From Eledone cirrhosa (lineage: Eukaryota), in contig OZ024758.1 in the NCBI GenBank assembly GCA_964016885.1, positions 25,916,001 to 25,980,000 on the forward strand: a stretch of 64,000 nucleotides of DNA, written 5' to 3'. The notes under the pieces are model-generated. The model saw only the letters and a program-made list of their open reading frames with translations. It made no database searches and was not told the DNA's origin. Below, piece by piece: positions 53,501-64,000 of this stretch. The position numbers and the translations under genes were made by a program. Every line of letters starts with the position of its first letter. The stretch's first letter is position 1.

Positions 53501-53943
53501 ACACAGCAACTGTAGCTGTGTAAAATATACACTGCAGTCAACACAGCAACTGTAGCTGTGTAAAATATACACTGCAGTCAACACAGCAACTGTAACTGTG
53601 TAAAATACACACTGCAGTCAACACAGCAACTGTAGCTGTGTAAAATATACACGGCAGTCAACACAGCAACTGTAGCTGTGTAAAATATACACTGCAGTCA
53701 ACACAGCAACTGTAGCTGTGTAAAATATACATTGCAGTCAACACAGCAACTGTAGCTGTGTAAAATATACACTGCAGTCAACACAGCAACTGTAGCTGTG
53801 TAAAATATACACGGCAGTCAACACAGCAACTGTAGCTGTGTAAAATATATGCAGCAGTCAACACAGCAACTGTAGCTGTGTAAAATACACACTGCAGTCA
53901 ACACAGCAATTGTAGCTGTGTAAAATATACATGGCAGTCAACA
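47540..53943. repeat. 40-bp satellite, ~160 copies, intronic in EOGT
   Basis: Unit acacagcaactgtagctgtgtaaaatatacactgcagtca. The 40-bp phase is exact with no visible indels. Confidence 0.98.
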
Positions 53944-54148
53944 GGTTAATTCAATTGAAATTTGTAAACCTTGTTAAAACATAAAAATGTTAAAACACAG
54001 ACATCTACTGTTAAAACTAAAATAATTATAATCACCCCTTCGTTATCTCAAAACGGAACAATTGGTGCTTTGTAAAAATAATTGATATTCGTTTCCATGT
54101 AATTCAGGAAAGGGTCTTATATTTGTTTCCTCTTCAATCCTTGACTAG

Positions 54149-54257
54149 GTTTCATGATAAAAAGTCTCAGATAGAATCATTCTGGGAATATGGAGATTTT
54201 GGTAATGTGAAAAAAAGAAGACAAGAATTAAAATCTTACTGTACAGCTGAAAAATTG
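54149..54257 (+). CDS. EOGT: EOGT third coding exon (109 nt, phase 2 to 0)
   Basis: Acceptor ttcctcttcaatccttgactAG and donor TTG|gtaatt. The first G completes the TGG codon split from exon 2. Encodes (W)FHDKKSQIESFWEYGDFGNVKKRRQELKSYCTAEKL, matching human [36 protein letters not shown]. Confidence 0.92.
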
Positions 54258-54287
54258 GTAATTCTACTTTTTTATTATTATTATCAT

Positions 54288-54878
54288 CGGTGAATTGGCA
54301 GTATCGGTAGAGAGTCGGACGCCATGCTTTCCAGCACAGTTATGTCTCTTTATGGTCTGTGTTCAAATCCCGCCAAGGTTAACTTTGCCTTTCATCCTTA
54401 CGGGGTCGATAAAATAAAGTACCAGTAATGTACTGGGTATTTGCTGGCCTTGTGCCAAATGTAGAAACAATTATTATCATCATCATCATTATCATCATCA
54501 TCAATCCCGCCGAGGTTAATTTTGCCTCTATTATTATAGCCATCCTTAAAATAAAGTACCAGTAATACACTGGGGTAATAGCTGGCCTTGTGCCAAGAGT
54601 AGAAACAATTATTATAGCCATCCTTACGGGGGTCGATAAAATAAAGTGCCCACTGGGGTCAATTTAATTGACTTACTCCCTACCCCTAAATTGCTGGCCT
54701 TATTATTTAGAGCGTCAGACACCATGCTTTTCGGCATAGAGTTACGGCTCTTTATGGCCTGAGTTCAAATCCCACCAAGGTTAACTTTGCCTTTCGTCCT
54801 TACGAGGTCGATAAAATAAAGTACCAGTAATGCACTGGGATAATTGCTGGCCTTGTGGCAAAAGTAGAAATAATTACT
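54288..54878 (+). mobile_element. Cluster of SINE family B copies and fragments
   Basis: Repeated B box, cttacggggtcgataaaataaagtaccag and gctggccttgtgcc modules. Confidence 0.7.
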
Positions 54879-54994
54879 ATTATTTTTTTCTTTTTTTTGT
54901 GCATATTATCACTAGATTACTGAGCATAGCTCTGTGTGCCTTGGGTATGAGCAGTGTAGTTTTTGCTGGTGTTTCTATTGTATTGATAGTATTT

Positions 54995-57135
54995 TATATA
55001 ATATATATACAGTGCCTAGTAGTGCTATCTTTTGTATGCTGTATATATTTGTAAGTCCTGTGGTACTCTATATAATATATATACAGTACCTAGTAGTTCT
55101 ATCTTCTGTATGTTGTATATATTTGTAAGTCCTGTAGTACTTTATATAATATATATACAGTACCTAGTAGTTCTATCTTTTGTGTGCTCTATATATTTGT
55201 AAGTCCTGTGGTACTCTATATAATATATATACAGTAACTAGTAGTGCTATCTTCTGTATGTTGTATATATTTGTAAGTCCTGTGGTACTGTATATAATAT
55301 ATATACAGTAACTAGTAGTACTATCTTCTGTATGTTGTATATATTTGTAAGTCCTGTGGTACTCTATATAATATATATACAGTACCTAGTAGTGTTATCT
55401 TTTGTATGCTGTATATATTTGTAAGTCCTGTGGTACTCTATATAATATATATACAGTACCTAGTAGTGTTATCTTTTGTATGCTGTATATATTTGTAAGT
55501 CCTGTGGTACTCTATATAATATATATACAGTACCTAGTAGTTCTATCTTCTGTATGTTGTATATATTTGTAAGTCCTGTAGTACTCTATATAATATATAT
55601 ACAGTACCTAGTAGTTCTATCTTTTGTGTGCTCTATATATTTGTAAGTCCTGTGGTACTCTATATAATATATATACAGTAGCTAATAGTGCTATCTTCTG
55701 TATGTTGTATATATTTGTAAGTCCTGTGGTACTCTATATAATATATATACAGTAACTAGTAGTGCTATCTTCTGTATGTTGTATATATTTGTAAGTCCTG
55801 TGGTACTCTATATAATATATATACAGTACCTAGTAGTGCTATCTTTAGTATGTTGTATATATTTGTAAGTCCTGTGGTACTCTATATAATATATATACAG
55901 TACCTAGTAGTGCTATCTTCTGTATGTTGTATATATTTGTAAGTCCTGTGGTACTCTGTATAATATATATATACAGTACCTAGTAGTGTTATCTTTTGTA
56001 TGTTGTATATATTTGTAAGTCCTGTGGTACTCTATATAATATATATACAGTACCTAGTAGTTCTATCTTTTGTGTGCTCTATATATTTGTAAGTCCTGTG
56101 GTACTCTATATAATATATATACAGTAACTAGTAGTGCTATCTTCTGTATGTTGTATATATTTGTAAGTCCTGTGGTACTCTATATAATATATATACAGTA
56201 CCTAGTAGCGCTATCTTCTGTATGTTGTATATATTTGTAAGTCCTGTGGTACTCTATATAATATATATACTGTACCTAGTAGCGCTATCTTCTGTATGTT
56301 GTATATATTTGTAAGTCCTGTGGTACTCTATATAATATATATACAGTACCTAGTAGTGCTATCTTCTGTATGCTGTATATATTTGTAATTCCTGTGGTAC
56401 TCTATATAATATATATATACAGTAACTAGTAGTGCTATCTTCTGTATGTTGTATATATTTGTAAGTCCTGTGGTACTCTATATAATATATATATACAGTA
56501 CCTAGTAGTGTTATCTTCTGTATATATTTGTAAGTCCTGTGGTACTCTATATAATATATATACAGTACCTAGTAGTGTTATCTTTTGTATGCTGTATATA
56601 TTTGTAAGTCCTGTGGTACTCTATATAATATATATACAGTACCTAGTAGTTCTATCTTTTGTATGCTGTATATATTTGTAAGTCCTGTGGTACTCTATAT
56701 AATATATATACAGTACCTAGTAGTGCTATCTTTAGTATGTTGTATATATTTGTAAGTCCTGTTGTACTCTATATAATATATATACAGTACCTAGTAGTGC
56801 TATCTTCTGTATGTTGTATATATTTGTAAGTCCTGTGGTACTCTATATAATATATATACAGTACCTAGTAGTGCTATCTTCTGTATGTTGTATATATTTG
56901 TAAGTCCTGTGGTACTCAATATAATATATATACAGTACCTAGTAGTGCTATCTTCTGTATGTTGTATATATTTGTAAGTCCTGTGGTACTCTATATAATA
57001 TATATACAGTACCTGGTAGTGCTATCTTCTGTATGTTGTATATATTTTTAAGTCCCGTGGTACTCTATATAATATATATACAGTACCTAGTAGTGTTATC
57101 TTTTGTATGCTGTATATATTTGTAAGTCCTGTGGT
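54995..57135. repeat. 74-bp minisatellite, ~29 copies
   Basis: Unit tatataatatatatacagtacctagtagtgctatcttctgtatgttgtatatatttgtaagtcctgtggtactc. Confidence 0.96.
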
Positions 57136-57348
57136 TTTGGTTATGTATTTGACTGTGTGTTTATCATTCCAGAGCACCTATTGTTATAGGCATTGTTTCA
57201 GTTTTCATTTTCATTTTCCATATTCGACTTATTTCTATCTCTAGATCTTTATATTTGGAGAGTTTCTCTATTTCCTTGAAAGATATATTGTCGTCTGTAG
57301 GGATTGATACATCTATTAGAAGGCATTTTTTTAATATTATTATTATTA

Positions 57349-57760
57349 TGGCGGTGGATTGGCAGTATCGGTAGAGGGTCAGACGCCTTGCTTTCCAGCA
57401 TAGTTACGTCCCTTTACGATCTGAGTTCAAATCCCGCCAAGGTTGACTTTGCCTTTCATCCTTACGGGGTCGATAAAATAAAGTACCAGTAATGCACTGG
57501 GTAATTGCTGGCCTTGTGCCTAACGTAGAAACAATTATTCTTATTATCATTATTATTATTATTATGAGCGGTGGATTGGCAGTATCGAAAGAGCGTCGGA
57601 CACCATGCTTTGCAACATAGAGTTACGGTCCTTTATGGTCCGAGTTCAAATCCCGCCGAGGTTAGCTTTGCCCTTCATCCTTACACGGGCGTCGATAAAT
57701 TAAGTACCAGTAATGCACTGGGATAATTGCTGGCCTTGTGCCAAAAGTAGAAACAGTTAT
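57349..57760 (+). mobile_element. Two tandem SINE family B copies separated by (ATT)n
   Basis: ggcggtggattggcagtatcg heads at about 57349 and 57568, with tails gtagaaaca. Confidence 0.8.
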
Positions 57761-58186
57761 GATCACTATTATCAAGTGTTAAAATATGAAATTCCCTTTT
57801 CCTTATCTTTTACTTCATATTAATTTTATTTTCATAATTTTCCCTTTTTATTTTTATTTATTTTTTCTTCTACTACCAACAATTTTTATTTTTTTTTAAC
57901 AACAAATACTTCCGTGTGAGTTTGTTGTTGTTGTTGTTGTTGTTGTAATTACTGTTATTAATTCTGTGATAGTTTCCAGACATCAATTACAGCAATGAAT
58001 CTAAGTTGTCAACAAACTGAGCCAGTGACCCAGTTTGGACGTTTACTAACGAACAACATTAACTGTTTAGCTGCATCAGTCTGGAGTAAACATCATGGCT
58101 GGTTGGATTGATTGGGTATCAGATAAACAACTAAAATTATGGGTGCAAGGCATGGCTGTGTGGTTAAGAGGTTTCTTGATAACTAC

Positions 58187-59550
58187 GTGGAGACTTCTAG
58201 TTGTCCTTGGCCCTAAGGACCACCTCCCTACTCATCACCTCCAGCATAGAGTTGGCTACCTGTAGCAGTGTATACCTCTGGTGTCCTTGGCCCTAGGACC
58301 ACCTCCCTACTCATCACCATCAGCATGGAGTTGGCTACCTGTAGCAGTGTATACCTCTGGTGTCCTTGGCCCTAAGGACCACCTCCCTACTCATCACCAT
58401 CAGCATGGAGTTGGCTACCTGTAGCAGTGTATACCTCTGGTGTCCTTGGCCCTAAGGACCACCTCCCTACTCATCACCATCAGCATGGAGTTGGCTACCT
58501 GTAGCAGTGGAGACTTCTGGTGTCCTTGGCCCTAAGGACCACCTCCCTACTCACCGCCATCAGCATGGAGTTGGCTACCTGTAGCAGTGGAGACTTCTAG
58601 TTGTCCTTGGCCCTAAGGCCCACCTCCCTACTCACCGCCATCAGCATGGAGTTGGCTACCTGTAGCAGTGGAGACTTCTAGTTGTCCTTGGCCCTAAGGC
58701 CCACCTCCCTACTCACCGCCATCACCATGGAGTTGGCTACCTGTAGCAGTGGAGACTTCTAGTTGTCCTTGGCCCTAAGGACCACCTCCCTACTCACCGC
58801 CATCAGCATGGAGTTGGCTACCTGTAGCAGTGGAGACTTCTAGTTGTCCTTGGCCCTAAGGCCCACCTCCCTACTCACCGCCATCAGCATGGAGTTGGCT
58901 ACCTGTAGCAGTGGAGACTTCTAGTTGTCCTTGGCCCTAAGGCCCACCTCCCTACTCACCGCCATCAGCATGGAGTTGGCTACCTGTAGCAGTGGAGACT
59001 TCTAGTTGTCCTTGGCCCTAAGGACCACCTCCCTACTCACCGCCATCAGCATGGAGTTGGCTACCTGTAGCAGTGGAGACTTCTAGTTGTCCTTGGCCCT
59101 AAGGCCCACCTCCCTACTCACCGCCATCAGCATGGAGTTGGCTACCTGTAGCAGTGGAGACTTCTAGTTGTCCTTGGCCCTAAGGCCCACCTCCCTACTC
59201 ACCGCCATCAGCATGGAGTTGGCTACCTGTAGCAGTGGAGACTTCTAGTTGTCCTTGGCCCTAAGGCCCACCTCCCTACTCACCGCCATCAGCATGGAGT
59301 TGGCTACCTGTAGCAGTGGAGACCTCTGGTGTCCTTGGCCCTAAGGACCACCTCCCTACTCACCGCCATCACCATGGAGTTGGCTACCTGTAGCAGTGGA
59401 GACTTCTAGTTGTCCTTGGCCCTAAGGCCCACCTCCCTACTCACCGCCATCAGCATGGAGTTGGCTACCTGTAGCAGTGGAGACCTCTGGTGTCCTTGGC
59501 CCTAGGACCACCTCCCTACTCATCACCATCACCATGGAGTTGGCTACCTG
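58187..59550. repeat. 80-81-bp minisatellite, ~17 copies
   Basis: Unit gtggagacttctagttgtccttggccctaaggcccacctccctactcaccgccatcagcatggagttggctacctgtagca, preceded by the SINE-like head ggcatggctgtgtggttaag. Confidence 0.95.
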
Positions 59551-59684
59551 CAGATGTGAGCCTCTCGAGCTGGAATGGCTCTTCCAACGCGTCTTCTCAC
59601 CATTTTCTGGGGAAATGTCTTCTCTATTCTGTCCGCCAAGGCCACAGGTCAACCACCGCATGCCCCCCCCCCCCATTTGCTTAT

Positions 59685-59962
59685 AATAATTGTTTCTACT
59701 TTTGGCACAAGGCCAGCAATTATCCAGTACATTACTGGTACTTTATTTTATCGACGTAACTATGCTGGAAAGCATGGCGTCAGACCCTCTACCGATACTG
59801 CCAATCCACCGGGGAAAGTAAAAGAGACTTAGGCAGTGACAATGGGAATTTGATTCTATTATATTCAGTCCTTGGGCGGTGGATTGGCAGTATCGGTAGA
59901 GGGTTGGACGCCATGCTTTGCAGGGATAATTGCTGGCCTTGTGCCAAAAGTAGAAACAATTA
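59685..59962. mobile_element. Divergent (inverted) pair of internally deleted SINE B copies
   Basis: 59685-59810 is on the minus strand and 59875-59962 is on the plus strand. Confidence 0.65.
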
Positions 59963-59964
59963 TT

Positions 59965-60357
59965 TTATATATACTATTATATTTTAATGGGAAGGGCTTT
60001 ACCTCACATAATATCGAATCTATGAGATTTTGAAAGTATTTATTTTGAAAACAATACCTTAACATCCATATGAGTGACCAGTTACAGCCAGTTTCAACAG
60101 GAAGAAGTAGAGAACTCTGGCCGGTTTGAACACGAAAGGGTTAACCCTTTAAGCATTTCAACTGGCCATGTCCAGTCAGAATTCTCTCACTTTTTTCTGT
60201 TTAAACCAGCTGTAACTGGTCACTCATACTTATTTTAAGGTATTGTTCTCAAAATAAATAATATAAAAATCTCATAGATTCGATATTATGTGAGATAAAG
60301 CCTTTACTGTGAAAATACAATAGTAAATATAGAGTAATGTAAATGTTAAAAGGTTAA
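59965..60357. mobile_element. Head-to-head piggyBac-like MITE pair sharing one TTAA
   Basis: Junction aaagggTTAAcccttt at 60135-60150. The left copy is on the minus strand and the right copy on the plus strand. Confidence 0.75.
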
Positions 60358-60384
60358 TGTATTGCTCTTCAATCAAGTCCACAA

Positions 60385-61143
60385 GTGGCAACCATTTTAG
60401 TACTGGGATAGCTTATAACTTAGATAGGTTTCGGCCAGTATAGGCCCAACCTAGTCTTTTGTTAGAAATTATTACTGCTGAAATGGCAACCATTTTAGTA
60501 CTGGGATATCTTATAACTTAGATAGGTTTCGGCCAGTTTAGGCCCAGACTATATCTTATGTTAGAAATTATTACTGCTGAAATGGCAACCATTTTAGTAC
60601 TGGGATATCTTATAACTTAGATAGGTTTCGGCCAGTTTAGGTCCAGACTATATCTTATGTTAGAAATTATTACTGCTGAAATGGCAACCATTTTAGTACT
60701 GGGATATCTTATAACTTAGATAGGTTTCGGCCAGTTTAGGTCCAACCATGTCTTATGTTAGAAACTATTACTGCTGAAATGGCAACCATTTTAGTACTGG
60801 GATATCTTATAACTTAGATACTGGCCCAACCATGTCTTATGTTAGAAACTATTACTGCTGAAATGGCAACCATTTTAGTACTGGGATATCTTATAACTTA
60901 GATACTGGCCCAACCATGTCTTATGTTAGAAACTATTACTGCTGAAATGGCAACCATTTTAGTACTGGGATATCTTATAACTTAGATAGGTTTCGGCCAG
61001 TTTAGGCCCAGACTATATCTTATGTTAGAAACTATTACTGCTGAAATGGCAACCATTTTAGTACTGGGATATCTTATAACTTAGATAGGTTTCGGCCAGT
61101 TTAGACCCAACCATGTCTTATGTTAGAAATTATTACTGCTGAA
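60385..61143. repeat. ~99-bp minisatellite, ~8 copies (two shortened)
   Basis: Unit tggcaaccattttagtactgggatatcttataacttagataggtttcggccagtttaggcccagactatatcttatgttagaaattattactgctgaaa. Confidence 0.93.
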
Positions 61144-61339
61144 AGCTATGGCAGTTGTAAAGTTGTCAACCAAAAGCTCTCGCTACTGAAAGGCAGTGAG
61201 TGACCAGTAGAACTTGGCAGGAAATGAAATATATAGCTTGTGTAATAAAGTTATTTATGTATTACAACAGTATTCATGATATGAGAATGTGCAATAATAA
61301 TCTACATATAAATTTAAGCGACTTCCGTCTGTCACACAA

Positions 61340-62012
61340 TGTGTGTGTGTGTGTTTGTATGAATGTATGTGTGTGTTTGTATGTGTGCGCACGCGCGGAT
61401 GTATGTGTGTGTGCGTTTGTGTCAATGTGTGTGTTTGTGTGAATGTATGTGTGTGTGTTTGTGTCAATGTATGTGTGTGTGTGTATGTATGTGTGTGTTT
61501 GTGTGTATGTATGTGTGTGTATGTATGTGTTTGTGTGTATGTATGTGTGTATGTGTGTTTGTATGTATGTGTGTGTGTGTGTTTGTGTCAATGTATGTGT
61601 GTGTGTGTGTATGTATGTGTTTGTGTGTATGTATGTGTGTTTGTGTGTATGTATGTGTGTTTGTATGTATGTGTGTGTGTGTTTCTGTGAATGTGTGTGT
61701 GTTTCTGTGAATGTGTGTGTTTGTGTGAATGTATGTGTGTGTTTGTGTGTATGTATGTGTGTGTAAAAGGAAGGAAGGGGATGGTGAAAAAAACTATAGC
61801 AAAACAGCAGCTGGCGTTCCATTTGCTACGTTGTGTGTGAGTGTGTGTTTGTGTGAATGTATGTCTGTGAGTGTGTATTTTTATGTGTTTGTGCATTTAT
61901 ATTTATATTCTCATACATATAAATATATGCATATACACACATACACACATATATACATACACACATATACACACATTTACACATATATATACATACACAC
62001 ATATATACATAC
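61340..62012. repeat. Compound (GT)n/(GTAT)n microsatellite followed by an (AC/AT)n tract
   Basis: Directly visible. It explains the VC/TH-rich ORFs. Confidence 0.95.
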
Positions 62013-62199
62013 GCGTCAGCGTGTTCAAAGAAATTCTAATATAAAGCTTTTCGCTTTTTTTTTAATTTTCCTTTATCTGTCCACTACTGTTGTTTTTTTC
62101 ACCCTCGGCCAATGCCGACTGTGTAGACCTATGTAAAAAGCCTTTCCTACCATGGCCATCCTGTTTGTTTTGTTCTATTGTGTATGTGAAAACCTCTTT

Positions 62200-62820
62200 A
62201 GTGTTGGTCTCACAATTAAATGCACCCAGTACACTCTGTAAAGTGGTTATGTTGGTCCCACAATTAAATGCACCCAGTACACTCTGTAAAGTGGTTGTGC
62301 TGGTGCCACAATTAAATGCACCCAGTACACTCTGTAAAGTGGTTATGTTGGTCCCACAATTAAATGCACCCAATACACCCTGTAAAGTGGTTGTGCTGGT
62401 GCCACAATAGAATGCACCCAGTTCACTCTGTAAAGTGGTTATGCTGCTGCCTCAATAGAATGCAATCAGTACACTCTGTAAAGTGGTTGTGCTGGTGCCA
62501 CAATTAAATGCACCCAGTACACTCTGTAAAGTGGTTATGTTGGTCCCACAATTAAATGCACCCAATACACCCTGTAAAGTGGTTGTGCTGGTGCCACAAT
62601 AGAATGCACCCAGTTCACTCTGTAAAGTGGTTATGCTGCTGCCTCAATAGAATGCAATCAGTACACTCTGTAAAGTGGTTGTGCTGGTGCCACAATTAAA
62701 TGCACTCAGTACACCCTGTAAATTTGAAGTGCTGGTGCCACAATAGAATGCACCCAGTTCACTCTGTAAAGTGGTTGTGCTGGTGCCAAGATAAAATGTA
62801 CCCAGTGACACTTTGTAAAG
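62200..62820. repeat. 48-bp minisatellite, ~13 copies, derived from the RTE/SINE tail
   Basis: Unit cacaattaaatgcacccagtacactctgtaaagtggttgtgctggtgc. Its reverse complement contains aaccactttacagagtgtactgggtgc. Confidence 0.92.
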
Positions 62821-62934
62821 TTTCATCTGTGTAAAATGATCCATTGAGAGTTAATGAATTTCTGGTAGAGTGGTAGTCTAGATACTGAGACTAGAACAGA
62901 TTGGAATTATTGTATATCGAAATTAAAAGCCACG

Positions 62935-64000
62935 TCATCCACATCACCATTGCCACAACCATCAACATCACCATCATCACCACAACCATCACAACCATCA
63001 TCACTACAACCACCACCACCACAACCATTATCACAACCATCACAACCATCATCACCACAACCATCACAACCACCACCACCATCATCACAACCATCACCAC
63101 CACCATCATCACCACAACCATCACAACCATCATCACCACAACCACCACCACCACAACCATCATCACAACCATCACAACCATCATCACCACAACCATCACA
63201 ACCATCATCACAACCATCACCACCACCATCATCACCACAACCATCATCACCACCACCATCATCACAACCATCACCACCACCATCATCACCACAACCATCA
63301 CAACCATCATCACCACAACCACCACCACCACAACCATCATCACAACCATCATCACCACAACCATCACAACCATCATCACAACCATCACCACCACCATCAT
63401 CACCACAACCATCATCACCACAACCATCACAACCACCACCACCATCATCACAACCATCACCACCACCATCATCACCACAACCATCACAACCATCATCACC
63501 ACCACCATCATCACCACAACCATCATCACCACAACCATCATGACCACCACCACCACCACCACAACCATCAACATCACCATCATCACCACAACCATCACAA
63601 CCATCATCACCACAACCACCACCACCACAACCATCATCACAACCATCACCACCACCATCACAACAACCATCATCACCACAACCATCATCACAACCATCAC
63701 CACCACCATCATCACCACAACCATCATCACCACAACCATCACAACCACCACCACCATCATCACAACCATCACCACCACCATCATCACCACAACCATCACA
63801 ACCATCATCACCACAACCACCACCACCACAACCATCATCACAACCATCACCACCATCATCACCACAACCATCATCACCACAACCATCACAACCACCACCA
63901 CCATCATCACAACCATCACCACCACCATCATCACCACAACCATCATCACCACAACCATCATGACCACCACCACCACCACAACCATCAACATCACCATCAT
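62935..64000. repeat. Compound (CAC/CAT/CAA)n trinucleotide microsatellite running off the window
   Basis: Directly visible. The poly-M/V and P/S/Q ORFs are by-products. Confidence 0.95.

Noticed and set aside
57980-58111. Open frame after ttccag as a candidate fourth EOGT exon (TSITAMNLSCQQ...)
   Set aside because: It does not resemble the expected DSSLxCS..L..C segment and ends in a stop codon without a suitable donor.
60420-61110. GGCC-loop-GGCC-GAAAC on the minus strand of the 99-bp repeat as a tandem hammerhead or retrozyme
   Set aside because: The CUGANGA core is absent (only ctg or ttg precedes the stem), so it is best read as a simple hairpin.
61200-62136. Cys/Val- and Thr/His-rich ORFs
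   Set aside because: They are dinucleotide microsatellite artefacts.
62891-64000. 369-aa Met/Val ORF and 197-aa Pro/Ser/Gln mucin-like ORF
   Set aside because: They come from a stop-free compound trinucleotide repeat, with no splice or domain evidence.

Overview
This is AT-rich, repeat-saturated eukaryotic (animal) genomic DNA. The tRNA-SINEs with (ATG)n tails and the microsatellite style suggest a cephalopod such as octopus, which is inference and was not searched. One real gene is visible: three consecutive N-terminal coding exons of an EOGT ortholog (EGF-domain O-GlcNAc transferase) on the + strand at 36805-36960, 41897-41991 and 54149-54257. They splice in frame, and the rest of the gene lies outside the window. 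Roughly 70% of the window is tandem arrays: a 26.5-kb 61-bp satellite, 43-, 40-, 74-, 81-, 99-, 98-, 46- and 48-bp minisatellites, and microsatellites. The remainder is mostly tRNA-SINEs, an RTE-clade LINE 3' end, piggyBac-like and Tc1/mariner-like MITEs, and two non-autonomous Helitrons. The most notable pattern is that several arrays grew independently out of internal segments of retroposons, three of them from the same short segment of the shared RTE-LINE/SINE 3' tail. Other notable items are multi-kb higher-order duplications, inverted repeats bracketing EOGT exons, a template-switch scar and a degenerate minimal hammerhead. Apart from the one overlapping EOGT coding exon 1, the listed ORFs appear to be repeat or chance artefacts. 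There is no CRISPR array or prokaryotic system.
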